From: Actinomycetota bacterium
GTDB lineage: Bacteria; Actinomycetota; Acidimicrobiia; Acidimicrobiales; AC-35
Assembly: GCA_005884125.1 (NCBI GenBank)
Contig: VAXP01000119.1
Span: 18,788 to 81,690, forward strand
Direction of reading: 5' to 3'
Length of the DNA: 62,903 nucleotides
Below, piece by piece: positions 46,275-54,021 of the stretch. The position numbers and the translations under genes were made by a program. The notes beneath the pieces were generated by a model. The model made no database searches and had not been told where the DNA came from. It worked only from the letters and a program-made list of their open reading frames with translations. Each line of letters begins with the position of its first letter. Position 1 is the stretch's first letter.

Positions 46275-47612
46275 TCACTGCAACAGCCTGGGGAAGTGGA
46301 GGCGGCTGCGACCCATGAGGGCGTCGACAACGTCGTCGGCCAGGATGCGCCCCACGGGCCTGCCCTCCTCGTCCACCACCAGCAGCGACGAGCGGCGGGC
46401 CTCGGTGAGCTGCGATGCGACCTCGTCCACGGGAGCGTCGGGCCGCACCGTCACGGGCCGCTCCTCGCGCAGAAGCTCGCCCAGCGAAGCGTCGGGTGGC
46501 GCGACGACCAGGTCGAACAGGGTGAGGTCGCCGAGCAGCCGACCCTCCTCGTCCACCACGGCCACGGCGTCGATCTCCTGGCTGTGGTCGGCCATGTCCG
46601 CAAGGCGCCGGGCCACGTCGCTCACCCGCCCCTCCGGACGGGCCGTGGCCAGCACCGTCGTCATGAAGCCCGCGGCCTGATCACCGGGGTATCCGAGCAG
46701 CTCTTCGAGGTGGGCCGCGGTTTTCTCGGGCATGTGCTCGAGGAGCTCCTCCCGATCCTCCCGGCCCAGGTCGCGCAGCGCGTCCACGGCCTCGTCGGGC
46801 TCCATGGACGCCACCAGGGCCGCGGCGTGCTCGGGCTCGGCCTCGCGCAGGAGGGCGCCCAGCTCGTCGGGCTCCATCTCCTCCAGGGCGTCGGCGGCCG
46901 TCTCCCGCTCCAGGGCGGCCAGCAGCTCCTGGCGGGCGGGCCGGCCCAGGTCCTCCAGCAGGTCGGCCAGCTCGCCGGGGCGGAGCCGGCGCAGGCCCTC
47001 GTGCGAGGTGCGCAGCCGCAGCTCCTTCACCGCGTCGCCGAAGGGCTGGACCGCGGCCCAGTCGATGACCTTCTCCGGGGTGGGCCGCGTCCGCCACCGG
47101 GACGGCCCGAGGCGGCGAACGAGGGACTGGAGGCTCACATCCACCCCCACCAGGCGGATGCCCCCCAGCGCCTCGGCCAGGTAGAGGTCCGAGCCCCGCA
47201 CCACCTGAACCCCGTCCACGTCCACCAGCTGGTGGTCGAGGACGTCCTTGGCCAGCATCACCTCTCCCTCGCGACGCTCGAAGTCGCGCATGTCGAGCCG
47301 GGACGAGCGCAGCACGATCTCGCCGTGGGAGAGCTTCTCGATGGCGGAGGCGTCGATGAAGGCGAGCCGGCGTCCCACCTTGACCACCAGCCCGGTGACG
47401 GGCGGGTAGAGGTCGCCCCCGGCCATGCGCACGACCACGTCGACCAGCCTTCCGATCTCGGCCCCGGCCTGGTTGCGCACGGGCCGGCCGACCAGACCGG
47501 CCAGGGACACGATGGCGTCCCGCACGGCGCGCGTCGCGAGTATCCGACGGGAGCGCTCGTCGCGCCGGGCGCGCAAGCGGGGGGCACCGGGCAGCGGAGG
47601 ACGACGGGACAT
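46275..47612 (-). CDS. Soluble PRC-barrel-like + MgtE_N + tandem CBS protein (the MgtE cytoplasmic sensor without the membrane pore)
   Basis: PRC-like GAEIGRLVDVVV...VTGLVVKVG...; MgtE_N acidic helices LADLLEDLGRPARQELLAALERETAADALEEMEPDE...ASMEPDEAVDALRDL; CBS pair AGFMTT...VAVVDEEGRLLG / VTVRPDAP...LLVVDEEGRPVG. No TM segments. ATG 47612 has an AAGGTGG Shine-Dalgarno. Confidence 0.85.
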   Translation of the reverse strand: MSRRPPLPGAPRLRARRDERSRRILATRAVRDAIVSLAGLVGRPVRNQAGAEIGRLVDVVVRMAGGDLYPPVTGLVVKVGRRLAFIDASAIEKLSHGEIVLRSSRLDMRDFERREGEVMLAKDVLDHQLVDVDGVQVVRGSDLYLAEALGGIRLVGVDVSLQSLVRRLGPSRWRTRPTPEKVIDWAAVQPFGDAVKELRLRTSHEGLRRLRPGELADLLEDLGRPARQELLAALERETAADALEEMEPDELGALLREAEPEHAAALVASMEPDEAVDALRDLGREDREELLEHMPEKTAAHLEELLGYPGDQAAGFMTTVLATARPEGRVSDVARRLADMADHSQEIDAVAVVDEEGRLLGDLTLFDLVVAPPDASLGELLREERPVTVRPDAPVDEVASQLTEARRSSLLVVDEEGRPVGRILADDVVDALMGRSRLHFPRLLQ

Positions 47613-47966
47613 GGCAACCACCTTCCTGGGCGCGAGGGCTGCTGGGACAGGCGCCCTCCCGGCCACCGTCACGCTCCGGTCAGGAGCGGGAGGCAGGCAC
47701 CGTCAGCGCAGGTGCGAGGACCCGGGAACCGGCGTCACACCAGAGGGAGGGCGCGAGGGACACGGACTACTGGGGGGTTCACCCGGTTGCACGGCCTCAC
47801 CTCCTCCTCAGTCGACGGCTCGATCCATACGGTCGACCGCCCATGCTACCGGTCGAGTTGCCCGGCACGGCAGGCCCGAAAGCCCGAGGAGCCGTGCAAG
47901 CGGGCTTGTACGCTCCCGGCACCGGAGTCGTCCGCGTCGGGCGCGCCAGGGGAAGGACTGCCGACG

Positions 47967-48815
47967 GTGGAGCCGTTCGAGACGGTGAGCGCACCGGACG
48001 GGCCCGCCGTGGCCGACCTGTGCCGGCGGGCCTCGCCCGACCCACCGCCCCATGAGGACCTCCTCGCCTCGCTCTTCGACCCCTCCCGACCCGCACTCGT
48101 GCGGGGCGACCCTGGGCGGGGCGTGGTGGCGACGGTGGAACGCAACGGCCAGGGCTACCTCCGCCTGCTGGTTGTCGATCCCGCGTGGCGGCGCCGGGGC
48201 GTGGGGAGCGCCCTGCTGGAAGCGGCCGAAGCCGACCTGGCCGGGGTGGGCACGAGCGGGACGGTCGTGGTGGGAACGGACGCACCCGACTTCCTCTACC
48301 CCGGGGTCGACTCCCGCCAGACCGACATGCTCTGCCTGTTGGAGAAGCACGGCTACGAGCGGGTCTCGTTCAACTTCAACATGGCCGTCGACCTAACCCG
48401 CCTCCCTCCCGACCCGGGCGGCGCCGAGCTCGGGGGCGAGAGCGACCGGGCCGAGCTCGAGGCCTTCCTCGAGCGCCGCTGGCCCATGTGGGCCGACGAG
48501 GCCCTCCGGGGCCTGGACAAGGGCAGGCTCCTTCTCGCCCGCGACGGCGAGGGCGTTGCCGGCTTCTGCGCGTGGGACGTCAACTGGGCGGGAAAGCTGG
48601 GACCCATGGCCGGGCGCACGTGGGCCCGGGGACAAGGCGTGGGGCGCAAGCTCGTGCTGGGTGCCCTCCACCGCATGCGGGCCGGGGGACGGGAGGAGGC
48701 GGAGATCGTGTGGGTGGCCCCGCTGCGCTTCTATGCCAAGGCCGCGGGGGCGGTCGTCAACCGCGTGTTCTTCGTCTACCGCAAGCGCCTGCGTCCCCGG
48801 GAGCAGTCGCGGTGA
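47967..48815 (+). CDS. GNAT-family N-acetyltransferase (two GNAT-like halves)
   Basis: LRLLVVDPAWRRRGVGSALLEAAE (acetyl-CoA motif A) and a second WARGQGVGRKLVLGAL. GTG 47967 is preceded by GGAAGGA. Confidence 0.8.
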   Translation: MEPFETVSAPDGPAVADLCRRASPDPPPHEDLLASLFDPSRPALVRGDPGRGVVATVERNGQGYLRLLVVDPAWRRRGVGSALLEAAEADLAGVGTSGTVVVGTDAPDFLYPGVDSRQTDMLCLLEKHGYERVSFNFNMAVDLTRLPPDPGGAELGGESDRAELEAFLERRWPMWADEALRGLDKGRLLLARDGEGVAGFCAWDVNWAGKLGPMAGRTWARGQGVGRKLVLGALHRMRAGGREEAEIVWVAPLRFYAKAAGAVVNRVFFVYRKRLRPREQSR

Positions 48816-50551
48816 AGACCGACGCGCCGGTCCGACCCGTCCTTCTGCCCCAGCCCCGCACCTTGCGCCTGGACGGCGCCACGGCGCCGCAGCGCGAACC
48901 AGGCGCGATCGTCGACGCCAGGCTCCCCCCTCAGGGATACCGCCTGCGCATCGGGCCCGACGCCATCGAGCTGGCCGGCGGGGACGAGGCCGGCCTCTCC
49001 TACGGACGGGCCACGCTGGCCCAGCTGGCCCGGTGGTGTGGGCACCAGGGGCAGCACGGGCAGCTGCCCACCGGGGTCATCGAGGACAACCCCGACATCG
49101 CCGTCAGGGGCGTGATGCTCGACGTGTCCCGCGACAAGGTCCCGACCATGACGACGTTGCGCGACCTGATCGACCGGCTGGCGGGCTGGAAGGTCAACCA
49201 CCTCCAGCTCTACATGGAGCACGTCTTCGCCTACAGCAACCACGGTGAGGTCTGGGCCCAGGCCGATCCCTTCACCGCCGACGAGCTGTCCGAGCTCGAC
49301 CGACTCTGCCGGGACCGTCACGTCGAGCTCGTGCCCAACCAGAACTGCCTGGGCCACGCCGAGCGCTGGCTGGCCCACCCCCGCTACCGGCCTCTCGCCC
49401 TGGCCCCGGACGGCTTCGTCGACCCCTGGGGACGGCGGAGGGGGCCGTCCACGCTGGACCCGGCCCACCCCGGCTCCTTGGCCCTGGTGCGCGAGCTGCT
49501 GGCCGAGCTGCTGCCCTGCTTCTCCAGCTCCCGGGTGCACGTGGGGCTGGACGAGCCCTGGGAGCTGCCCGAGCAACGCATCGCCGAGTACGGCGAGTGG
49601 CTCGGCCGGCTGCGTTCCCTGCCCGAGCTCGACGGGCACGAGATGCTGGTCTGGGGCGACATCCTCGCCACCCACCCGGGCCTGCTGGGGGAGGTCCCCA
49701 AAGGGGTGACGGTCTGCGAGTGGGGCTACGAGGACTGGCACCCCTTCGACCCGCGGGTCCAGGCCCTGGCCGGCGCCGGCCTGCCCTTCTGGGTCTGCCC
49801 CGGGACCTCGAGCTGGCTGAGCGTGCTCGGCCGGACCACGAACGCGTGGGGCAACTGCGAGCGGGCCGCGGCCGCCGCCCTCCGCCACGGGGCCCAGGGG
49901 TACCTGGTAACCGACTGGGGCGACAACGGCCACCTTCAGCACCTCCCCGTCAGCGAACCGGGCCTGGCCGCGGGGGCGGCGCTGTCGTGGTGCCGGGAGG
50001 CCAACTCCGACCTCGACCTGGCCGCGGCCCTGAGCGTCCATGCCTTCGACGATGCGACGGGCGTGCTGGCCCGGGCGCTGGTGGAGCTGGGCGACGTGCA
50101 CCGGGTCGTCAAGCCCCAGGTCCCCAACATGTCCGTGCTCACCCTCCACCTCTACGCGCCCCGCATCCGTCTGGGGCGGCGCCTGACCGAGGGCCTGACC
50201 CCAGAGGACCTGCTCGAGGTGGAGCGCCGCATCGACGCCGCCGTCGCCGCGTTGGACCGGTCCCGACCCCAGAGGGAGGACGGCGAGCTGGTGCTCGATG
50301 AGGTGCGGGCCGGGGCCGGTCTGGTGCGTCTCCTGTGCCGGGACGGGAGGGCCCGCCTGGACGGCGACGGCAGGCTGGCCGCGGTTCCGGAGAAGGAGCG
50401 GGCCGAGCTGGCCGCGACCCTCGAGCCCATGATCGACGAGCACCGCCGCCTGTGGCTGGCGCGCAACCGACCCGGGGGCCTCAGCGACAGCGCGTCCTGG
50501 CTGGAGCGTCTGCTGCGGGCCTACCGCACGGGCGAGGTCGAACCCGCCTGA
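48812..50551 (+). CDS. GH20-family beta-N-acetylhexosaminidase-like glycoside hydrolase
   Basis: RGVMLDVSRDKVP, NHLQLYMEH, and VHVGLDEPWE (the H-x-G-x-D-E catalytic pair). GTG 48812 overlaps the GNAT TGA. Confidence 0.8.
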   Translation: MKTDAPVRPVLLPQPRTLRLDGATAPQREPGAIVDARLPPQGYRLRIGPDAIELAGGDEAGLSYGRATLAQLARWCGHQGQHGQLPTGVIEDNPDIAVRGVMLDVSRDKVPTMTTLRDLIDRLAGWKVNHLQLYMEHVFAYSNHGEVWAQADPFTADELSELDRLCRDRHVELVPNQNCLGHAERWLAHPRYRPLALAPDGFVDPWGRRRGPSTLDPAHPGSLALVRELLAELLPCFSSSRVHVGLDEPWELPEQRIAEYGEWLGRLRSLPELDGHEMLVWGDILATHPGLLGEVPKGVTVCEWGYEDWHPFDPRVQALAGAGLPFWVCPGTSSWLSVLGRTTNAWGNCERAAAAALRHGAQGYLVTDWGDNGHLQHLPVSEPGLAAGAALSWCREANSDLDLAAALSVHAFDDATGVLARALVELGDVHRVVKPQVPNMSVLTLHLYAPRIRLGRRLTEGLTPEDLLEVERRIDAAVAALDRSRPQREDGELVLDEVRAGAGLVRLLCRDGRARLDGDGRLAAVPEKERAELAATLEPMIDEHRRLWLARNRPGGLSDSASWLERLLRAYRTGEVEPA

Positions 50552-50750
50552 CCGAGGTCGATGGCGCTCGACCGACGCGTCGCGCCACGGCGGAGTTCTC
50601 GGCTTCGTCCCCGATGTCCGGGTCCTGAGTCCGGGCGCAAGCCGAATCCCTGGGGCTTCCTTACCGCTTCTTGGGTCAGGGTGCTTGGCCCGGCGCGCCG
50701 ATCAATTCCTTCGAACTCGCTGAATGAATCAAGCCAACCGAGGAGCTGCA

Positions 50751-51458
50751 ATGGAACACAGGAAGGCCTTGGCGGTGGCTGGAGGAGTCGCCCTCCTCTC
50801 CCTTTCCGGATCTCTGGCCGTCGGCGCCACCGCGGGGCTGCTGGGCTTCACCGTTCCCAAACAGCTGGGACGGGTCGGCTCCTTCGTCCCCACATCGGTG
50901 GCGAGCGGCCCCGTCGCCGCGACCGCCCCTCGATACACCACCGCGGCCAACACGGGCTGGGCCACCCAGCCCGCGCCGGCCACGGCGGCGGTGGCACCGC
51001 CCGCGGCCGCGGCGGCCGCCGCTCCCACCGTGCCCACCCTGGCCGCGCCGCCGCTGATCGGCGGGGTCCAGGTGCAGGTCGCCCCGGGACAACCGGCGGC
51101 CGGCCCCTCGGCTCCCGCGGCCACAGGACCCATTCCGGCCCCGTCGGCTCCGCCCGCCGCCGGGCCCGTCGACCCCTCGGCCAACACCTCCATCCAGGCG
51201 ACGCCCGCTACCCAGCCCCCGCCCAACCCGAACACGTCGCAGCCGGCATCGCCTCCCCCGTCGTCCACCGATCCCGCACCGGCACCCCAGCCGGCTCCGA
51301 GCTCGAGCCCGTCGACCACGTCCACCACCGCCGCCCCCGCTCCCGCGCCGGCACCGCAGCCGGCCCCGAGCACGACGACGACCACGGCGGCGCCTGCCCC
51401 CAGCACCACCACCACGAGCACCACCGCCCCCCAGGCCAGCTCGTCCGCCGACGACTGA
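50751..51458 (+). CDS. Membrane-anchored Pro/Ala/Thr-rich low-complexity protein
   Basis: AGGAG Shine-Dalgarno 5 nt upstream of ATG 50751, an N-terminal hydrophobic segment ALAVAGGVALLSLSGSLAVGA, then a PAT-rich tail. A family-level function cannot be assigned. Confidence 0.55.
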   Translation: MEHRKALAVAGGVALLSLSGSLAVGATAGLLGFTVPKQLGRVGSFVPTSVASGPVAATAPRYTTAANTGWATQPAPATAAVAPPAAAAAAAPTVPTLAAPPLIGGVQVQVAPGQPAAGPSAPAATGPIPAPSAPPAAGPVDPSANTSIQATPATQPPPNPNTSQPASPPPSSTDPAPAPQPAPSSSPSTTSTTAAPAPAPAPQPAPSTTTTTAAPAPSTTTTSTTAPQASSSADD

Positions 51459-51483
51459 GAACGAACGGAAACGACAGACAGAC

Positions 51484-52509
51484 ATGAGCCGCAAGCGCAA
51501 CGACGACACCGGGAGCTCCGCTGAGAGCTCCACCCAGGGCTCCGAGCCCCTGGGCTCCGAGACCCTTCACCGCCTCACGTCAGAGAGTGCCGCCGCCTCG
51601 AGCGGCGACGCCACGGTCGAGCGGATCCGCAAGCGGGCCCAGCGCCGGCCCGCGGCGAGCGCCGGTCTGATCGGCTTCGAGGCTCCCCTCGCCGACGGGA
51701 CGGGTGCCCCGCCAGCCCCGTCCCGTCGGACTCCACGCGGATCGGGCGGCCGCAAGCGCCGCCACGTCGCTACCGGCGCCCGGGCCGTGATGGCCGGCGT
51801 CAGCGCGTCGAGCGCCTTCATCGTCATGGGGCAGCTGGTCATGAACGAGCAGCGGGCCACCGCCGCCCTCAAGAAGACCAAGGCGTCGAGCACGGACGCG
51901 ACGCAGTCGGCCGGGAGCACCACCGCCTCGGTCGCAGCCGGCGCGGCCCCGGCGGACACGACGACCACGGGAGCCCCGGGCTGGAGCGCCAACCCCGCCG
52001 CCGCTCCCCCCGGCACCGTCCCCCCGGGTGCCACCGCCTCGACCGTGGCCGGCGCCCCCGCCGGCGTGGCCGCCCCCGGAGCCCCCTCGGCCGGCGGCCA
52101 GCCCGCTTCCGCCGGCGGCGGAGCGGTGGCCATGGGCGGCCAGACGGCGGCGGGCATGCCCACGACCAACGCCCAGGCCGTGCCCGGCGGCCAGCCCACG
52201 GCCGTCGCCCCCGCAGCCGGCAGTCAGCCCGCGGGACCGGCCACGTCCTCGGGCGGGGCGCCCTCCTCGGCTCCCCCCCAGTCGAGCCCACCTCCTTCCG
52301 GAGGGGCGCCGGCCCCGAGCCCGAGCCCCCGGCCTCAGCCCAGCCCGAGCCCCCAGCCTCAGCCCAGCCCGAGCCCCCAGCCGAGCCCGAGCCCCCAGCC
52401 CCAGCCTCAGCCCCAGCCTCAGCCCTCGCCCCAGACGACGACTACGCAGCCCCCCAAGCCGACCACCACCACTACCCCCCCCAAGGCCTGTGGTAGCAAG
52501 CCCTGCTAG
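51484..52509 (+). CDS. Single-pass membrane protein with a basic cytoplasmic N-terminus and an extracytoplasmic Pro/Ser/Gln/Thr-rich repeat tail
   Basis: TM segment AVMAGVSASSAFIVMGQLVM at about aa 101-120, then low complexity ending (PSPSPQPQ)n...TTTTTPPKACGSKPC. Confidence 0.55.
   Translation: MSRKRNDDTGSSAESSTQGSEPLGSETLHRLTSESAAASSGDATVERIRKRAQRRPAASAGLIGFEAPLADGTGAPPAPSRRTPRGSGGRKRRHVATGARAVMAGVSASSAFIVMGQLVMNEQRATAALKKTKASSTDATQSAGSTTASVAAGAAPADTTTTGAPGWSANPAAAPPGTVPPGATASTVAGAPAGVAAPGAPSAGGQPASAGGGAVAMGGQTAAGMPTTNAQAVPGGQPTAVAPAAGSQPAGPATSSGGAPSSAPPQSSPPPSGGAPAPSPSPRPQPSPSPQPQPSPSPQPSPSPQPQPQPQPQPSPQTTTTQPPKPTTTTTPPKACGSKPC
52333..52380. repeat. Two perfect 24-nt tandem units (cctcagcccagcccgagcccccag) within a longer degenerate PSPQ-coding repeat (about 52314-52430)
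   Basis: Direct read: 52333-52356 is identical to 52357-52380. Confidence 0.9.
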
Positions 52510-52531
52510 CGCCGAGGTCCGCTTCCGGGCC

Positions 52532-53446
52532 ATGGGCACCGAGGCCCACATCATCGCCGTGGGCGACGAGGACGACCTCGACGGCATCCTGCGCCGGGCC
52601 ACGTGGCGGGTGGAGCAGCTGGAAGGCAAGTGGAGCCGCTTCCGGCCCACGAGCGAGCTGTCGAGGCTGAACGCGGCCGCGGGGCGCCCCGTCGTCGTGT
52701 CGGCCGAGACCTTCGAGGCCGTGGCCCGGGCCATCCACGGCTGGTACGCAACCGGCGGGCGCTTCGACCCCACCATCCACCGGGCCCTGGTCGATGCCGG
52801 CTACGACCGGACCTTCCTGGACCTGCCTGCCGACTCGGCCTCGGTCGATCCTTCGGCCGGCCTCGACCCCGTGCACGTCCCCGGCTGCGGGGACATCGGG
52901 CTGTCCCGGTCGACCCACGCCGTCACCCTCCCCCCCGGGGTCACCCTCGACCTCGGAGGGATCGGCAAGGGCTACGCGGCCGACCTCATCGTGCGCGACA
53001 TGCTCGACTGGGGCGCGACGGGAGCCAGCGTGAGCCTGGGCGGCGACGTCCGCGTCCGGGGCCAGTCACCGTTCGGCCCGGCGTGGGTCGTCGTGGTGGA
53101 GAACTCTCTCGATCCAGGCGTCGAGCTCGACCGGCTCCTGCTCGGCGACGGGGCCGTCGTGACCAGCACCAGGCTCATGCGCACCTGGAAGCGCAACGGC
53201 GAGGAGCAGCACCACATCATCGATCCCGCGTCGGGACGACCGGCGTGGACCGGAGTGGCGGCCGTGACCACGGTCGCGTCGGAAGCCACCTGGGCCGAGG
53301 TCCTGGCCAAGGCCGCCTTCCTGGCAGGAGTGGAAGAAGGGCTGGCGCTGCTGCGTGCAGCCGGACTAACCGGATTCGTAATCGAGGACAGCGGCCGGGT
53401 TCACCGTGTCGCCGGACTGGAGGTCTTCTCGTCATGCACGCCATAG
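52532..53446 (+). CDS. apbE: FAD:protein FMN transferase (ApbE family), no recognisable signal peptide or lipobox
   Basis: MGTEAHIIAVG..., SELSRLN, DLGGIGKGYAAD, HHIIDPASGRP. Start at ATG 52532, or GTG 52490 (a 20-nt overlap with the upstream gene). Confidence 0.85.
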   Translation: MGTEAHIIAVGDEDDLDGILRRATWRVEQLEGKWSRFRPTSELSRLNAAAGRPVVVSAETFEAVARAIHGWYATGGRFDPTIHRALVDAGYDRTFLDLPADSASVDPSAGLDPVHVPGCGDIGLSRSTHAVTLPPGVTLDLGGIGKGYAADLIVRDMLDWGATGASVSLGGDVRVRGQSPFGPAWVVVVENSLDPGVELDRLLLGDGAVVTSTRLMRTWKRNGEEQHHIIDPASGRPAWTGVAAVTTVASEATWAEVLAKAAFLAGVEEGLALLRAAGLTGFVIEDSGRVHRVAGLEVFSSCTP

Positions 53447-54021
53447 CCGTGAGCAAGAGTCTGTGGTGGTACACGGCCCGCGCCGGCGGGCTGACCGCCT
53501 GGTGGTTGGTGGCCCTGACCGTCTTCTGGGGCCTGATGCTCTCCACCCGGGTCACCAGGGGTAAGCCCACACCGGCCTGGCTGCTCGACCTGCACCGCTT
53601 CATGGGCGGCCTGGCCGTGATCTTCACCGTCGTGCACATCGCCGGGCTCATGGGCGACAAGTGGATCAAGCTGCAGGTGGCCGACCTGGCCATCCCCATG
53701 CACGCCAAGTTCAAGCCCGGGGCCCTGGCGTGGGGTGTGATCGCCGTCTATCTCATGGTGGCCATCGAGCTGACGTCGCTGTTCATGAAGCACCTGCCCC
53801 GAAAGCTGTGGCGTGCCATCCACTCCACCGCCTTCGCCCTCTTCCTCATGACGACGGTGCACGCCTTCGCCGCCGGGAGCGAGAACAAGAACGTGGCCGT
53901 GCAGTGGACAGCCCTGTCCTTCGCCGCCATCTTCACCTTCCTGATGGTGTACCGGGCCTTTCTCCCCAGCCGGTTCCGCCTCCTCAACGGCCAGTTCCCA
54001 GACGCCCCGGCCCTGGGCTGA
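53434..54021 (+). CDS. Ferric-reductase-like transmembrane haem-b protein (MsrQ/YedZ-like, membrane domain only)
   Basis: Six predicted TM segments and two His pairs, LHRFMGGLAVIFTVVH (H-x13-H) and IHSTAFALFLMTTVH (H-x12-H). GGAGG 10 nt upstream of ATG 53434; overlaps the apbE end by 13 nt. Confidence 0.8.
   Translation: MHAIAVSKSLWWYTARAGGLTAWWLVALTVFWGLMLSTRVTRGKPTPAWLLDLHRFMGGLAVIFTVVHIAGLMGDKWIKLQVADLAIPMHAKFKPGALAWGVIAVYLMVAIELTSLFMKHLPRKLWRAIHSTAFALFLMTTVHAFAAGSENKNVAVQWTALSFAAIFTFLMVYRAFLPSRFRLLNGQFPDAPALG

Noticed and set aside
47613-47966. Calling a definite M-box riboswitch in the leader of the MgtE-sensor/Nramp operon.
   Set aside because: Only the AGGUGAGGC core and a loose CGCC...GGGUC element are visible. 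The conserved 3' GUGCUAAAGCUC.ACGA segment is not found by eye. It is kept only as a low-confidence hypothesis needing a covariance-model search.
51694-51981. DGTGAP (aa 71-76) and TTTTGAPG (aa 159-166) in the 341-aa PT-rich protein as possible ApbE flavinylation sites.
   Set aside because: The consensus is D-x-x-[ST]-G-A-[ST], with the final Thr/Ser as the FMN acceptor. Both sites have Pro at that position, and the first also has the wrong spacing from the Asp.
52314-52430. Tandem repeats (24-nt PSPQ units; also GGTGGA at 23869-23908 and 15-nt units at 40593-40637) considered as a possible CRISPR or other non-coding array.
   Set aside because: The units are contiguous with no spacers. They are multiples of 3 nt and lie inside ORFs, where they encode low-complexity linkers. 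No cas genes are present.
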